Below, piece by piece: positions 40,019 through 50,856 of a DNA stretch of 64,000 nt. The DNA lies in NCBI GenBank assembly GCA_010909165.1, contig VJWM01000025.1, forward strand, positions 2,914,001-2,978,000, in the 5' to 3' direction. Within the stretch, counting starts at the first letter, position 1. Every line of letters starts with the position of its first letter. This DNA comes from Anthoceros angustus. Lineage: Eukaryota > Plantae > Anthocerotophyta. The notes under the pieces were generated by a model. That model saw only the letters and a list, made by a program, of their open reading frames with translations. It was not told the DNA's origin and did no database searches. Made by a program: the position numbers and the translations under genes.

Positions 40019-42320
40019 CTATGCCCTGAAATGTATTAAGCTGGGGTTGATTTCCGGAGGTGCGGGTCTCTCAGGAGGATACTCTTCCAGGGATTTCGAC
40101 AGGTTCATTGCATCCTCCAAGTATGCTGTGTACTTCCTGCTGGCACTCATCTCCTGCTCCAGCTCCACGTAAATGCTGTGAGTTTCGTTGCCATGGAGTG
40201 GTAAGGATCCTGATTCCTCAGCCCAGATTTCTTCCAGAAACTTGCAACTGGTGTTGTATTCCCCTGATGTGGAAGAGGCAATGGGTAGGGGCATGATGAG
40301 GTTATTCAAACAAGAGTGCTTCAAGGTCCACTCTCCAGTATACCAGTCGAAGTCGTACAAGGGCAGAAATCTCTGACCCTGGTCAGCTACGAATTCTATG
40401 GCCGACAGAATGAAGTGGAACTCATCGTTGGTGATGAAGTAGCCGAAGCTGAGCCTTGCCCACCCAGGCTTCACACCGATGTGGCCCTGCGGAATTTAGC
40501 CACATCCCATTATTAGCCGGGTACTGTTGGGTGGTTACAAAACATAGCAAAACATAGCAGATTCTTGTACCACCCACCTTCCGAATAGCTTCCCGAAACG
40601 CCAAGGATTGGTCGTCGTCGATGTTCAATAGGTAGTGACCGTAAGGTGCTGCACAGGCACACCCAGCTCTCGCTTGTATCCCAAATAAATCATTCAATAG
40701 CCTAACAACAAATCGGCAGTGTAAAGGTCTCCCTATTCTGCTCTCCACGATGTCGTCAGAGCAGATCTCCAGCTCTCTCGAGTACACGAGAAACGACAAA
40801 ATGGCACATCGTTTCACTTCGGTGTTGCCAAGTATGTGAATATAGGGATTCTTCTCCAGCCTCCTGATCGCAGTTGTGATGAAATAGTGTTCTCTTTCTT
40901 CAATAAGCCCATGACCCATGAGCTCTTTCACCCAGAAAGCTAGAGCTGCTCTCACTTTTTGCAGTATGGGAGGTGTACCAGCGTCCTCTCGCTGCTCGAT
41001 ATCTTTGGCATAAATAGTGTCCTGCAGAAAAGGGGCCAATCAGGTTGACAAAACAATGATCAATGCCCATGCAGTGCATGTGTCTCAGGAGAGTGACCAG
41101 AGACCACTTCAAACAATGCACCTGTAGCCTCACCTTGATGTGCATGTTGACGTAATCTACGGTTCCACCTCCAGAAGTTGATGGAGGAGAGTCTTTCAGC
41201 AGGTACAGATCCTTTGTCATGACCAGAATTCCAGGGGATCCAGGGCCACCCAAAAACTTGTGAGGGCTCAGAACCACCGCATCATACCCATCCAGCTGCC
41301 CAGCACGCATGTCGATTCTGACATATGGGCCACTGCAAAGTGTACAAGGCGTTATTAGACCCGCAAGAAAGTGCTCCACATGAAAAAAATCCTGCACTGC
41401 TGCCGATGAGTTTTAATAGAGGTGTTGAAAGGCATGCCTGGCTGCAAAGTCGAAGCAGGCAAAGGCACCGTGCTCGTGTAGAATGCAGGCTATGGCACGG
41501 GTGTCAGTTACCAGCCCAGTCACGTTACTGGCAGCAGAAAAGGATCCTAGCTTGGGCCTGCTTCGATATTTTGGATCCTCGAGAGCTGCTCTCAACTTCC
41601 TCACATCCAGGCCACTGCCATCATCATTCATAGGTATCTCTATAACCTGCACGTCACGCAACAGAGTTTTGTTCATCCCATCGATTTTCTGGCTGCAGAT
41701 GGCAAGCGTTGGTGAAATCATCATACCTCAGCCAAACTCTCGCGCCAAGAAAGTAGATTAGAGTGGTGTTCATATGGTCCGACAAACACCACCCACTTTT
41801 CAGCATCACCCAGCATTTCCCCAACTCTTGGACTGAGAATTGACGGCACCCATACTCCTAAGCATTCCTGAAGCCTTTTCAAAGCTGCTGTGGTCCCACT
41901 TCCACAGTAAAATATAGCTTCATCCCGTGTGGCCCCAAGGCAATGCTTAATGAAGTCGCTTGCCTCATGGGCAGCATAGGTCATGGCTTTCCCCACATGA
42001 CTGTCTTCTGTGTGGGTATTGCCTGCGAGAGCAGAGATTGCAAGCAACAAAGTTATTGGCCTCTTTCGCCGATGCACCAGAAAATACTCAAATTTCCAGC
42101 AAACAAAGGCTTCAAGTAGACGCACCATAGAAAGGAAGCAAGGTCTGCGCTATGAAATTCTCCACGTGGAGAAGGGGCTGGCCCGATGCTGTGTGATCCG
42201 CATAGGTGAGCAGCCGTGTGGTCCCAAACGGCGTCCGAAACTCTGTAGCTCGTCCTGGAATTTGAGACCTTATCCAAGCACATATAGCTGCCTCGCTTGG
42301 TTTCACATTCTTCCAGATAG
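40019..42320 (-). CDS. Class-V PLP-dependent aminotransferase / cysteine desulfurase-like domain (apparently the C-terminal half of the ABCG gene)
   Basis: TPFGTTRLLTYADHTASG, YG|NTHTEDS, FVGPYEHHSNLLSW, GSFSAASNVTG, CFDFAA|SGPY, VVLSPHKFLGGPG (PLP lysine), EDAGTPPIL, QARAGCACAAPYGH, KPGWARLSF; stop at 40019. Confidence 0.9.
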
Positions 42321-42449
42321 GTGGCAGCAACTCATCATCACTTTCCAGAGTCAGCTTGAGAGGCAACACTGAATCGCTTCTCGATGCTCTCCTTGTCAAC
42401 CACCTCCCTTTCCAGCTGGTGAAGGTTTGATGCTGAGACCTTGGAAAGA

Positions 42450-45400
42450 CTTTGCAACCTCTTCGTCTTGCTGAGATGAACGTCAGAGCTGGTCTCAAGT
42501 TCTCACTCACCCTGATCGTGATGTAGAACAGGGCACGGTAAAGAAAAACTTGCATAAACACAATACCCAGGTTCATCCATTTTCCTCGGCTATCAGGCAC
42601 TTGGAAATCCCTGTACACAATCTCTTCCCCGCTGATCAACTGCTGGTTCAGTGGATAACCTTTGGGCTTGAACGTCAGCCCCAGAAAGTCGTTCTCGTAT
42701 AATCCCTGCACACATAGCACACTCGGTCACACACATTTCATGACAATAACAAACAACTGCTGCGATCTCTCAGTCCTGACCTGAAATCCGTAGGTGTGAA
42801 ATGCAATGTATGACATAGGATACCGCCAGATTGGTTTTGGCAGATCCCAAGGGAGCCGGAAAAAGCCTCCAGTAAGCATAAAGAAACCCTGCAATACACA
42901 AGGGTGTCATGCACATATGCAGAATCAGAATGAGAGGGATTTTTTCAAGGTGTCTCGAGTCTCGAGGGATATGTCTCGAGTCCGTCAAGATGTTCCGTCT
43001 GCTAAGGGGTTGAGTGGCAGACCTGAATTCCAGCTCCTATGATGATCCCCATAAGGAAGTTTGGTATGACTGCCGAGATGGCCATCATCATGCCCTCCAC
43101 AGCAGATGTAGTTGCAAAGATCACGAGGACGAAGTAAGAGAAGTGAATCATGCCTGGATGCAGGCCTACCAGGAAGTACATGGCCGCTCCAGAAACAGAG
43201 GCAATAAGTAACAGAAACGGCAAAGAAGATAGGGTGTTGCTGATCACAAAAGCTCCAACTCCATAGTGCCCGTTGAGCCGCTCTCGAGAGAACACCTGTA
43301 ACTCCCCCACATCAGCATTTTTCTTAACATGAAGAAACGTGAATTGGAACTTCACTTGCCTTCATCTCTTCTACGAACGAAGGGAAGCCACCAATTGCCA
43401 TGAAGGTAAGGAATGCAATCACGAATGACAAGCTTGAAGCTCTTGCCTGCATGACGCACCATCATGTGTCGGACGAAAGAGAAAATCTAGATCGATCAGC
43501 AGACTTGAGAGACGAATTCATGGATACCTGAATGGCATCGTAGTCGGTGCCAACATCATAGTATATAGTTCCAATGGCAAGGCACAGTGCAACATACATC
43601 AAAAGACGAAGCCAGTAATAGCCTAGGTCTCTTGACATGTTTCTGAAGGACCTGCTAGTGAGTGTGTAGCACTGCATCAAGGTGCTTGCTTTAGTTCCAG
43701 CTGACTCCCACATGGCCCCATTCTGCAACACAAGGTTCCAAGTGTGAACACTGAGCTCCTGCACTCGAAGTAGCACAGATCTCAAATTTAAAGTCTGACA
43801 CTGTCCTTGAACTTCCACATAAAACAATACCGACCATCTCAGAGATTTGCCGGGCCTTCTCGTCAGCAACCTTGGAGTAGGAGGACCTGTTGTAATTGGC
43901 CACAAGAATTTCCGTGCGTTGGGACGTGGAAATGACACGTAGGGGTTCAGCTTGCTCAAGATCAAGGTCCTGGTTCCCTCCAGCACCATCCTGCGATCAT
44001 TTCACCCAACATTCCTAAGACTCCGAAAGAGCTGGGTACTTCAGCCAGCTGGCCGCAGGAAACAATCTGATCACCTTCTGGAATTGGGCACTCGTTGGAA
44101 GAGCTGCCGTAACATCGTCAAAGTCCGAGTTGATTGCACGAAGAAAATGATCAGCAGGATTCCGCCATGGCGGGCAAGGTAATCCCACGTCCTCGAAATG
44201 CTGCTCAAGATTGTAACAAGACACAGGCCAGCCAGAAGGAGGCCTTCAATATGTGCAATGGCATATGGTGGGATGCTCTTGGACCGGTCGTGAAACCTTT
44301 ACCTGGTGAGCTTCCGCAGCTGAACCAAAGTACACAGTCTTCCCTCCAGAGATGAGCAAAAGGATGTCGAAGAGTTCAAACACCTCACTGCAGGGCTGGT
44401 GAATGGAGGTGATGACGGTGCGGCCATCTCGAGCCAGATTCTTCAACGCGGTTGTCACAAAGAAGGCTGCAGCACTGAAAGTCTTAAAGCATTCAACACA
44501 TGCCGGCTCCATTCTCAATTGAAATCCAGCACTCCTAGTTCAACGTGCTCCTCAAATCATCCCAAACCCATGGAATCCGATGGAGTGCAATTTAATGCAA
44601 TCTCGCGACGTGTACAGTAAATACCTGTCCAAACCACTGGTGGGCTCGTCCAGAAGCAGCAATCGAGGCCTGGTGAGGAGCTCCAGAGCAATTGTGACTC
44701 GTCTCCGTTCACCACCGCTCAGGCCTTTCAAATGCCAGTTGCCCACAGCGGTGTGGACAACATCACGCAGCCCCATGTCGTTGATTGCGCTGTCAACAAT
44801 TCCCATCTTTTCATTCCTTGACATACTATCCGGAAGCCGGCAGAACGCACTCAACGTCAGCGTCTCCAACACGGTTAGCGTTCCCAACAAGGTGTCATCC
44901 TGTGGCACATAAGCCTGCAGTAACACACAATCTCCACATTCTGAGACCTCAATTCGGCATCACGGGACATGTGATGATGTGACGTCATCCGAATCCGAAT
45001 GTTCTGTTGTCCCTCAAATCAATGAGTAAAACATTCTGTTCTACAATCGAGATTACATGATCGATCGACCACTTCCGAATCAGAACACCTTACCGCAATA
45101 CCATAAGCAAGTCTGTGTCTCTTGCCATTCAGGAAAACTTCTCCCGTCTGTCTCGCATTCTTGGACAGTCTCCCTACACAGGTCCAAGCAAATTGAAGCT
45201 GTGCAGTCAGTGACCAACTTCCTTGTCATCAGTCCTTAGTACATGGCCTACAATAAGTAATTTCTTCTTCTTTCTTCTTTGTCTGCATGATTCCCCACTT
45301 CAACTGTATGAATCAATAGACTCACCGGCCAGAGTGTCCAGAAGAGTGGATTTTCCGGAGCCCGAAGGCCCCATAACAGCAGTGATGGTGCCAGGTTCAG

Positions 45401-45527
45401 CATAGCCTGTGAGGCCATCGATCAGAGTGTTTATGCTACTCCTCCAAGACACCGTGACTGAAAGATTGGACCAAGCCAAGTAGGCACCCACTTCAAGTTC
45501 CTTCCCTGGCCTTGAGGTGAGCTCCAT
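42450..45527 (-). CDS. ABCG (WBC) half-transporter, ABCG11-like; no stop codon after the last TM helix
   Basis: Walker [17 protein letters not shown], signature LSGGERRR, Walker [81 protein letters not shown]; ATG at 45527. Confidence 0.93.
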
Positions 45528-46458
45528 CAATTTCCCCACCACCAGCAAGTCCTCCGCGAAGGTCCGATGTGGATCCGGGTGGAGATAAATGTAACCGGAC
45601 GCGGCCCATAAAGCGCAAAGTCTTTTTTAGCGAATTCGGAGACAATAAAGCGCAAAGTCGGTGACGGAGGGACAAACAAGATACATGGCTGCAACAAATG
45701 GCTTGCTCTTTAAACCTCAACCACACTTTTTATCAGAATAATTACTGTGGGCCCTTTTTCTTCACAGTTCTCTAGAATCCATCTGAGTTTTCACTTTGAA
45801 TGTTTATTATCAATTTTTATTTAAACCAGAAAACTAACGCATTATAAATAATCCTGAAGATGTGATCAAATTAAGTTCATACAAGCTTCACAAGTCTCGT
45901 TCAAAATTGATGCGCAGTGCTGATAAGGTACACGTCTTTGTTACAATAGTACAATTTTTTAAAGTTTTAGATACTTTTCACATGCATATTACATGAGCCT
46001 CCCATCACTATCCCATAAAATATTTTAATATAGTATATTAATAACTGAATACCATAAGGTTAAAGATTATTATTGAGGGATTCCTAGTACCTACCAATAT
46101 ACGACATTGGAAGATTCCAAGTTGTATATGGTATATTTTATAGTTATATTATATGTATATATGTTTTTGGAGAAATCCAAAAATTCTTTGTTCACATTAA
46201 CTATGAATGATTTGTCCCTGTTCACATTAACTACTTCTTGAAAACAGAATACAAGGTCAGTACAAGAGTAAGATATTTTTTATTCTATCATCTCGTTTGA
46301 TTTGACCATAGACATGAAAACTTATTGTTTTATGAAATTTTAAGAAATAAATATTTTTCATATGAGTTTCTTTTGATTGGTAGTCTAGGGAAAACTTGTT
46401 GTCCTTATAAAGTTCAACTATGTACCTATACCTAGCTTGACACAATGTTGGACGACGG

Positions 46459-46560
46459 TTAGGTCTTACTTAGTTTGAATATTTTTCTTTCATTATCTTG
46501 CATTGCACATTGTCTTTTTAGGTCTTACTTAGTTTGAGTATTATTCTTTTATTATCTTGC
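46459..46560. repeat. Diverged head-to-tail dimer, period 59 bp
   Basis: ttaggtcttacttagtttga...ttatcttgc at 46459 and 46518. Confidence 0.85.
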
Positions 46561-46803
46561 ATCGGACGTGATCTTGTTCTATTTTTCAATATCATATCTA
46601 CTGGTTAATCACTAAACTATATCTAGGGTGAGAGCTTGCTAGGGCCTGTGCTCATTCCTTTCCCATAGCTAGCACCATTTCCTTCCAAGGAGGGCAAGAA
46701 CTCGTGATTAACTACTTATTCACCTATGTTTAAACTATCGTTAAATATATGTCATTTAGATAGGATGACTAACATATTCATTCAACTAGCATATAGTTAA
46801 CAG

Positions 46804-47110
46804 TATATGCTAGTCATCCTTGCCAAGATCACCACAAAGTTTCTGCATAGTAAATTGCAACTATATGCTAGTCATCCTTGCCAAGATCACCACAAAGTTT
46901 CTGCATAGTAAATTGCAACACCCAAGCTAGAGAAGGACTAGTACTCATCCTAGCTTATATATACTTAGGTCCTGCACAATAAAATACTATACCAAATACT
47001 ATAGCCAAGCTAAAGAAGGACTAATACTCATCCTTGGCAAGATCACTAAATAAGTACCAAAGCTAAGGAAGAACTAGTACTCATCCTTGGCAAGATCACT
47101 AGATAAGACT
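46804..47110. repeat. Identical 58-bp dimer followed by related diverged repeats (core ta[g/c]tcatccttg[c/g]caagatcac)
   Basis: Units start at 46804 and 46862; the related core recurs at 47026 and 47079. Confidence 0.9.
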
Positions 47111-47194
47111 AGTACTGAAGCACAACCTATAAAATATAATACAATCCAGATTAAGATGTGATCTGGCCCCGAAGAACTCTTACGGTAGAGTTTT

Positions 47195-47510
47195 ATTGAA
47201 GTTTTGTTGGAGGTTTTCTTCGTCCGGCTTGCTGGCCTCTCTCGGTTAAGCTTGCCGGCCTCTCTCCATTAAGTCGCCGTGTTAGATTTGTGGGAGGCGG
47301 GCTTGCTGGCCTCTCTCGATTAAGTTCATGTGTTAGATTTGTTGGAGTTCTTTTCGTCATGGCGCACCCAACTCCCTAGATCTCGATCAAGTTCACGTCG
47401 TTAGATTTGTTGGAGGTTCTCTTCGTCTGGGCACACCCAACTCCCTAAATCAAGTTCACAATGTTAGAGATTTGTTGGAGGTTCTCTTGGTCCTGCATGC
47501 GCGACTCCCT
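47195..47510. repeat. Irregular tandem array (ttagatttgttggaggttct... units of ~50-70 bp)
   Basis: Core at ~47281, 47332, 47400 and 47464, with shared cccaactcccta and gcttgctggcctctctc sub-blocks. Confidence 0.75.
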
Positions 47511-48496
47511 CAATCCAGTTTACCGCGTGAGAGCACCACCTTAATCATAATAAAAAATGAGTTGTGCCTTTAGTAAGAGACTACTTACAAACCCATTATC
47601 ATGTGGGAGGATGATCATATGACACCTAGACACTAGCAAGAGCACTCAAAGGCTACTAGCTACAACACTTGTAACTAGGCATTACACAGACTTATAGTCT
47701 CTATTCACTTAACTTATAATCAATTGGCACTTGGCCTTCTACATCTTCACCACCTTCTAATTTATCTGGTCTCAATGGCGATCCTCCACAAGGCGGCGAC
47801 AGTAGGTGACGCATCTTCCTCTATCTCCGTGGTTTGCAGGCCGTTTATTCTTCCTGCATATAACATTGTGGGTGCAGTAGGTGACTTTAGGTAGGGAGCG
47901 TATTTGCTCCTCTTCACCTTGACCCCTGGTCCTCTTTGGTTGTCCCCTCATAGATGGGCTTTTTCCATCGTTTTTCACCTCAATAAAATATTTTCTTTAT
48001 CTGGTCCTTGAGTGTATTCACTTAAATTATAAGCAATTGGTATTTGGTCTAGGGCCCGTTTGTGGGTTTTCTCCCACCATATTGTTGTAGATGGGACTCC
48101 CCATCTCATTTTTTTCTATATGTTGTCCTCTTATTCTTCTGCATCTTTACTCTCTAATTTATGAAGTCCAGTCCCTCTACATCTTCAGTGTTGATTTATG
48201 AAGTAGCCTATGCTTGAATCTCTAACAAGTTCAAGACTTTCATAAAAGTGGGAACTATGTCCAATAAGTTCACAATCATTATGGAGTCAAGCTATAACTA
48301 TAATTGAAGGCACTCGACAAGGTAGGTTCATGACAAGCTCCACATGGCAAGTCATGAGTAATGGGTGAACCATTTGACTGGAAGATTTACTATAACTATC
48401 TACTTCAGAAAATAGATATGTTTCTTCCGTACTTTGTACAACTTCATTACCCGTTGGCGAGAGATGTGTTGACAAGCTTATGTATTGGCGTGAGAT

Positions 48497-48615
48497 GGTG
48501 GTAACAACTTAACGACTAAACCCGATTACAACAAGCTGGATAGTGCCTCGTAATGGGTGGTAACAACTTAACGACTAAACCTGATTACAACAAGCTGGAT
48601 AGTGCCTCGTAATGG
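48497..48615. repeat. Near-identical 59-bp dimer
   Basis: ggtggtaacaacttaacgactaaacc[c/t]gattacaacaagctggatagtgcctcgtaatgg twice; one mismatch. Confidence 0.92.
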
Positions 48616-48815
48616 TTTTAAAAGCACCACTTAGGCTTCCGTTAGAGCACTGCTCTAGAGCTTCTAAAGGAGTTTGAAGTCTATATTTAATTTTGAATAA
48701 CTTGTAAAGAGAAATTGTGCTAATATAATTTTATTAATATAATAAAAATAAATATCAATAATTGTTCCTGTAAGCTCGATATATATATGATTTTTTTCCA
48801 TCGATAAATTACATG

Positions 48816-49027
48816 AAAGTTTGTCTATATATGTAAGGAGATGGATACAAGTTAAAATATTACATCTTCAAATGCAGGTGAGATTTTGAATTTTTGAGAT
48901 AGTTTATTTGATGTAAATAATAAAGTTTGTCTATGTATGTAAGGAGATGGATACAGTTAGAATATTACATCGTCAAATGCTAGGTGAGATTTTGAATTTT
49001 TGAGATAGTTTCTTTGATGTAAATAAT
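48816..49027. repeat. 106-bp head-to-tail dimer
   Basis: aaagtttgtctat...gatgtaaataat at 48816 and 48922, with a few substitutions and indels. Confidence 0.88.
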
Positions 49028-49405
49028 TTGAAATAGGTTGTCAAGAGATGCATGTTTGCAATGGCCAATGTAATTAATAGAGTAGTTTTGATTATGCATG
49101 CATGTACTAGGAAGTATATACAACTAAATATTGACTATTCTCCATGGTCCTAGTGTGTGTGTTATCTTCTGACAATGTGCGTATGTTTTGGTGGTATATA
49201 TAGATCAACTCTCATCTTGTGAAAGGCTTTCTCAACTAAATGTTAAGCTCCCTCTTGCACCGATTGTAAGTTGAAGCTTTTGGAATTGTTGAGCTGTTAA
49301 GATTCCTTATTTTATCATGAGGAACTTTTTTATCAATTGAATTAAAATTGACAGAGATATAATGGATCGTAGATTCGCTTCCTTGTCCAGCCAAGATTGG
49401 TGAAA

Positions 49406-50176
49406 ATGCCGAAGAGAAGAAATAATGGAGACTGTCCTGGGTTAATGAGAAAACTATCAAAAGTCGAACAAGCCAATCTTATCAAGGCATGTATGAAATG
49501 CTTCTCGGATCTAATTCCCGTGGAGGAAGATGTTTACGAGACGGGTCAGGCTGGTGGTGGCTTGCAGGTTAATGATACGATGCCAGCCCCATTGCCAACC
49601 GGTAACCATGGTGCGGGGATTCCAGTCTCCTCTGAAATTATCGGCTGTGGTGCAGGCGTTGTGGAGGCACCATGCCAAGCTACTCTTGATGGGTGTGAAG
49701 TGAGTCAGATACCATTACAAGCTACTCACCATGGGGTGGGGATGCAGGCCCCGTCGGAAGGGGAGGCACGGCAAAGCCCGGAAATTCAAGTTCCGCATTC
49801 CGAAGCAACTCAAAATATGGAAGGGATTCAAGACACAAGCGGCAGGTTTGAGATGCAGGCTCCTTCTCAAGCCACAGGCCCCATACATGGTTTTGATGGT
49901 TATGAGGTTTTGCCTGCACCAACTGTTACAAGGGTTGAAGAAAGATTGGTGAGCGAGGATAACAGATCTATAATACAAACAGCATCAGAAGGTGGGAATG
50001 GTGCCATATTACTCGAAGTTCAGAGAAAGCTGCTGGAGGACCGATTGAGAGCCATGTTATCCGAACGAGACGCCATGACAAGTAAAATTGAAGCTATGCG
50101 CCTTGAGATTATGATGACAGATGCCAAAGAGGCAAGAGGTGAAATCGATGGTGAGGTCCCAGGATCAGGCTGCTGA
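49406..50176 (+). CDS. Intronless orphan ORF (256 aa), low-complexity middle and predicted coiled-coil C-terminus
   Basis: Open frame from ATG 49406 with a sharp GC rise over the AT-rich flank; no recognisable domain. Confidence 0.4.
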   Translation: MPKRRNNGDCPGLMRKLSKVEQANLIKACMKCFSDLIPVEEDVYETGQAGGGLQVNDTMPAPLPTGNHGAGIPVSSEIIGCGAGVVEAPCQATLDGCEVSQIPLQATHHGVGMQAPSEGEARQSPEIQVPHSEATQNMEGIQDTSGRFEMQAPSQATGPIHGFDGYEVLPAPTVTRVEERLVSEDNRSIIQTASEGGNGAILLEVQRKLLEDRLRAMLSERDAMTSKIEAMRLEIMMTDAKEARGEIDGEVPGSGC

Positions 50177-50856
50177 GAGGATTTAGGACGCATCAAACGC
50201 CTGTCACTAGGCTGTTGCTGCTGTCTCATTTTGTTGAAGGTGTGGGAGCCGACGGGGTCAGTGCCGCCACTGAAGATCGAAGTCCCCTAGTTAATCCCTT
50301 CTGCAGGCTAGCTGAGTTCCAGTATGCCTATCCTGGTATTTTTCCAGGATATCTTTCTTAATTCCTCTTTTTAGGATTAATCTGATTTTTTGTTCTAAAG
50401 AAAAAACGCCACTCACTGTGGTGTGGGGGAAAAGAAAAGGCTAGGTGGCTCGAGGACTCTACGTGTTGTAAGGATCTTGTGGAGCCCTCACAGCTCAAAC
50501 AAATCGCATTGTGAAGCTTTGCTGGCGGTTTCAACACAACTTTTTTTTGCACCCTTTTCCCTCGCAGGACAAAGTTTGCTAACAGCTTGGAGTTTAGCGG
50601 GTCCAACAATGAGCGATAAAACAGAGCTTTGAGTCCCGAAAGAGGACGAGGACAAGATCGTCGTCGAACACGAAGACGCAAAGCAGACGCATGGACGTTT
50701 GCTGCCGCGTTGTGCCAGGCCAGCACGCTCTGGCAGCACAGTCCATTTGTTGCGGATGAGAAATTCTCGTCCTTGTATGGAAGTGTGAATTGTGAGACTG
50801 AGCTTTGGAAATCATCAGAACCTCTTGTGGCGTCCCAGGCCTGCCCTGCCGGGAGT

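Noticed and set aside
29703-42320. Molybdenum/sulfur cluster (MOT2-like transporter near a desulfurase-like domain)
   Set aside because: They are separated by two unrelated PPR genes and no MOSC domain is seen; proximity is expected by chance at this gene density.
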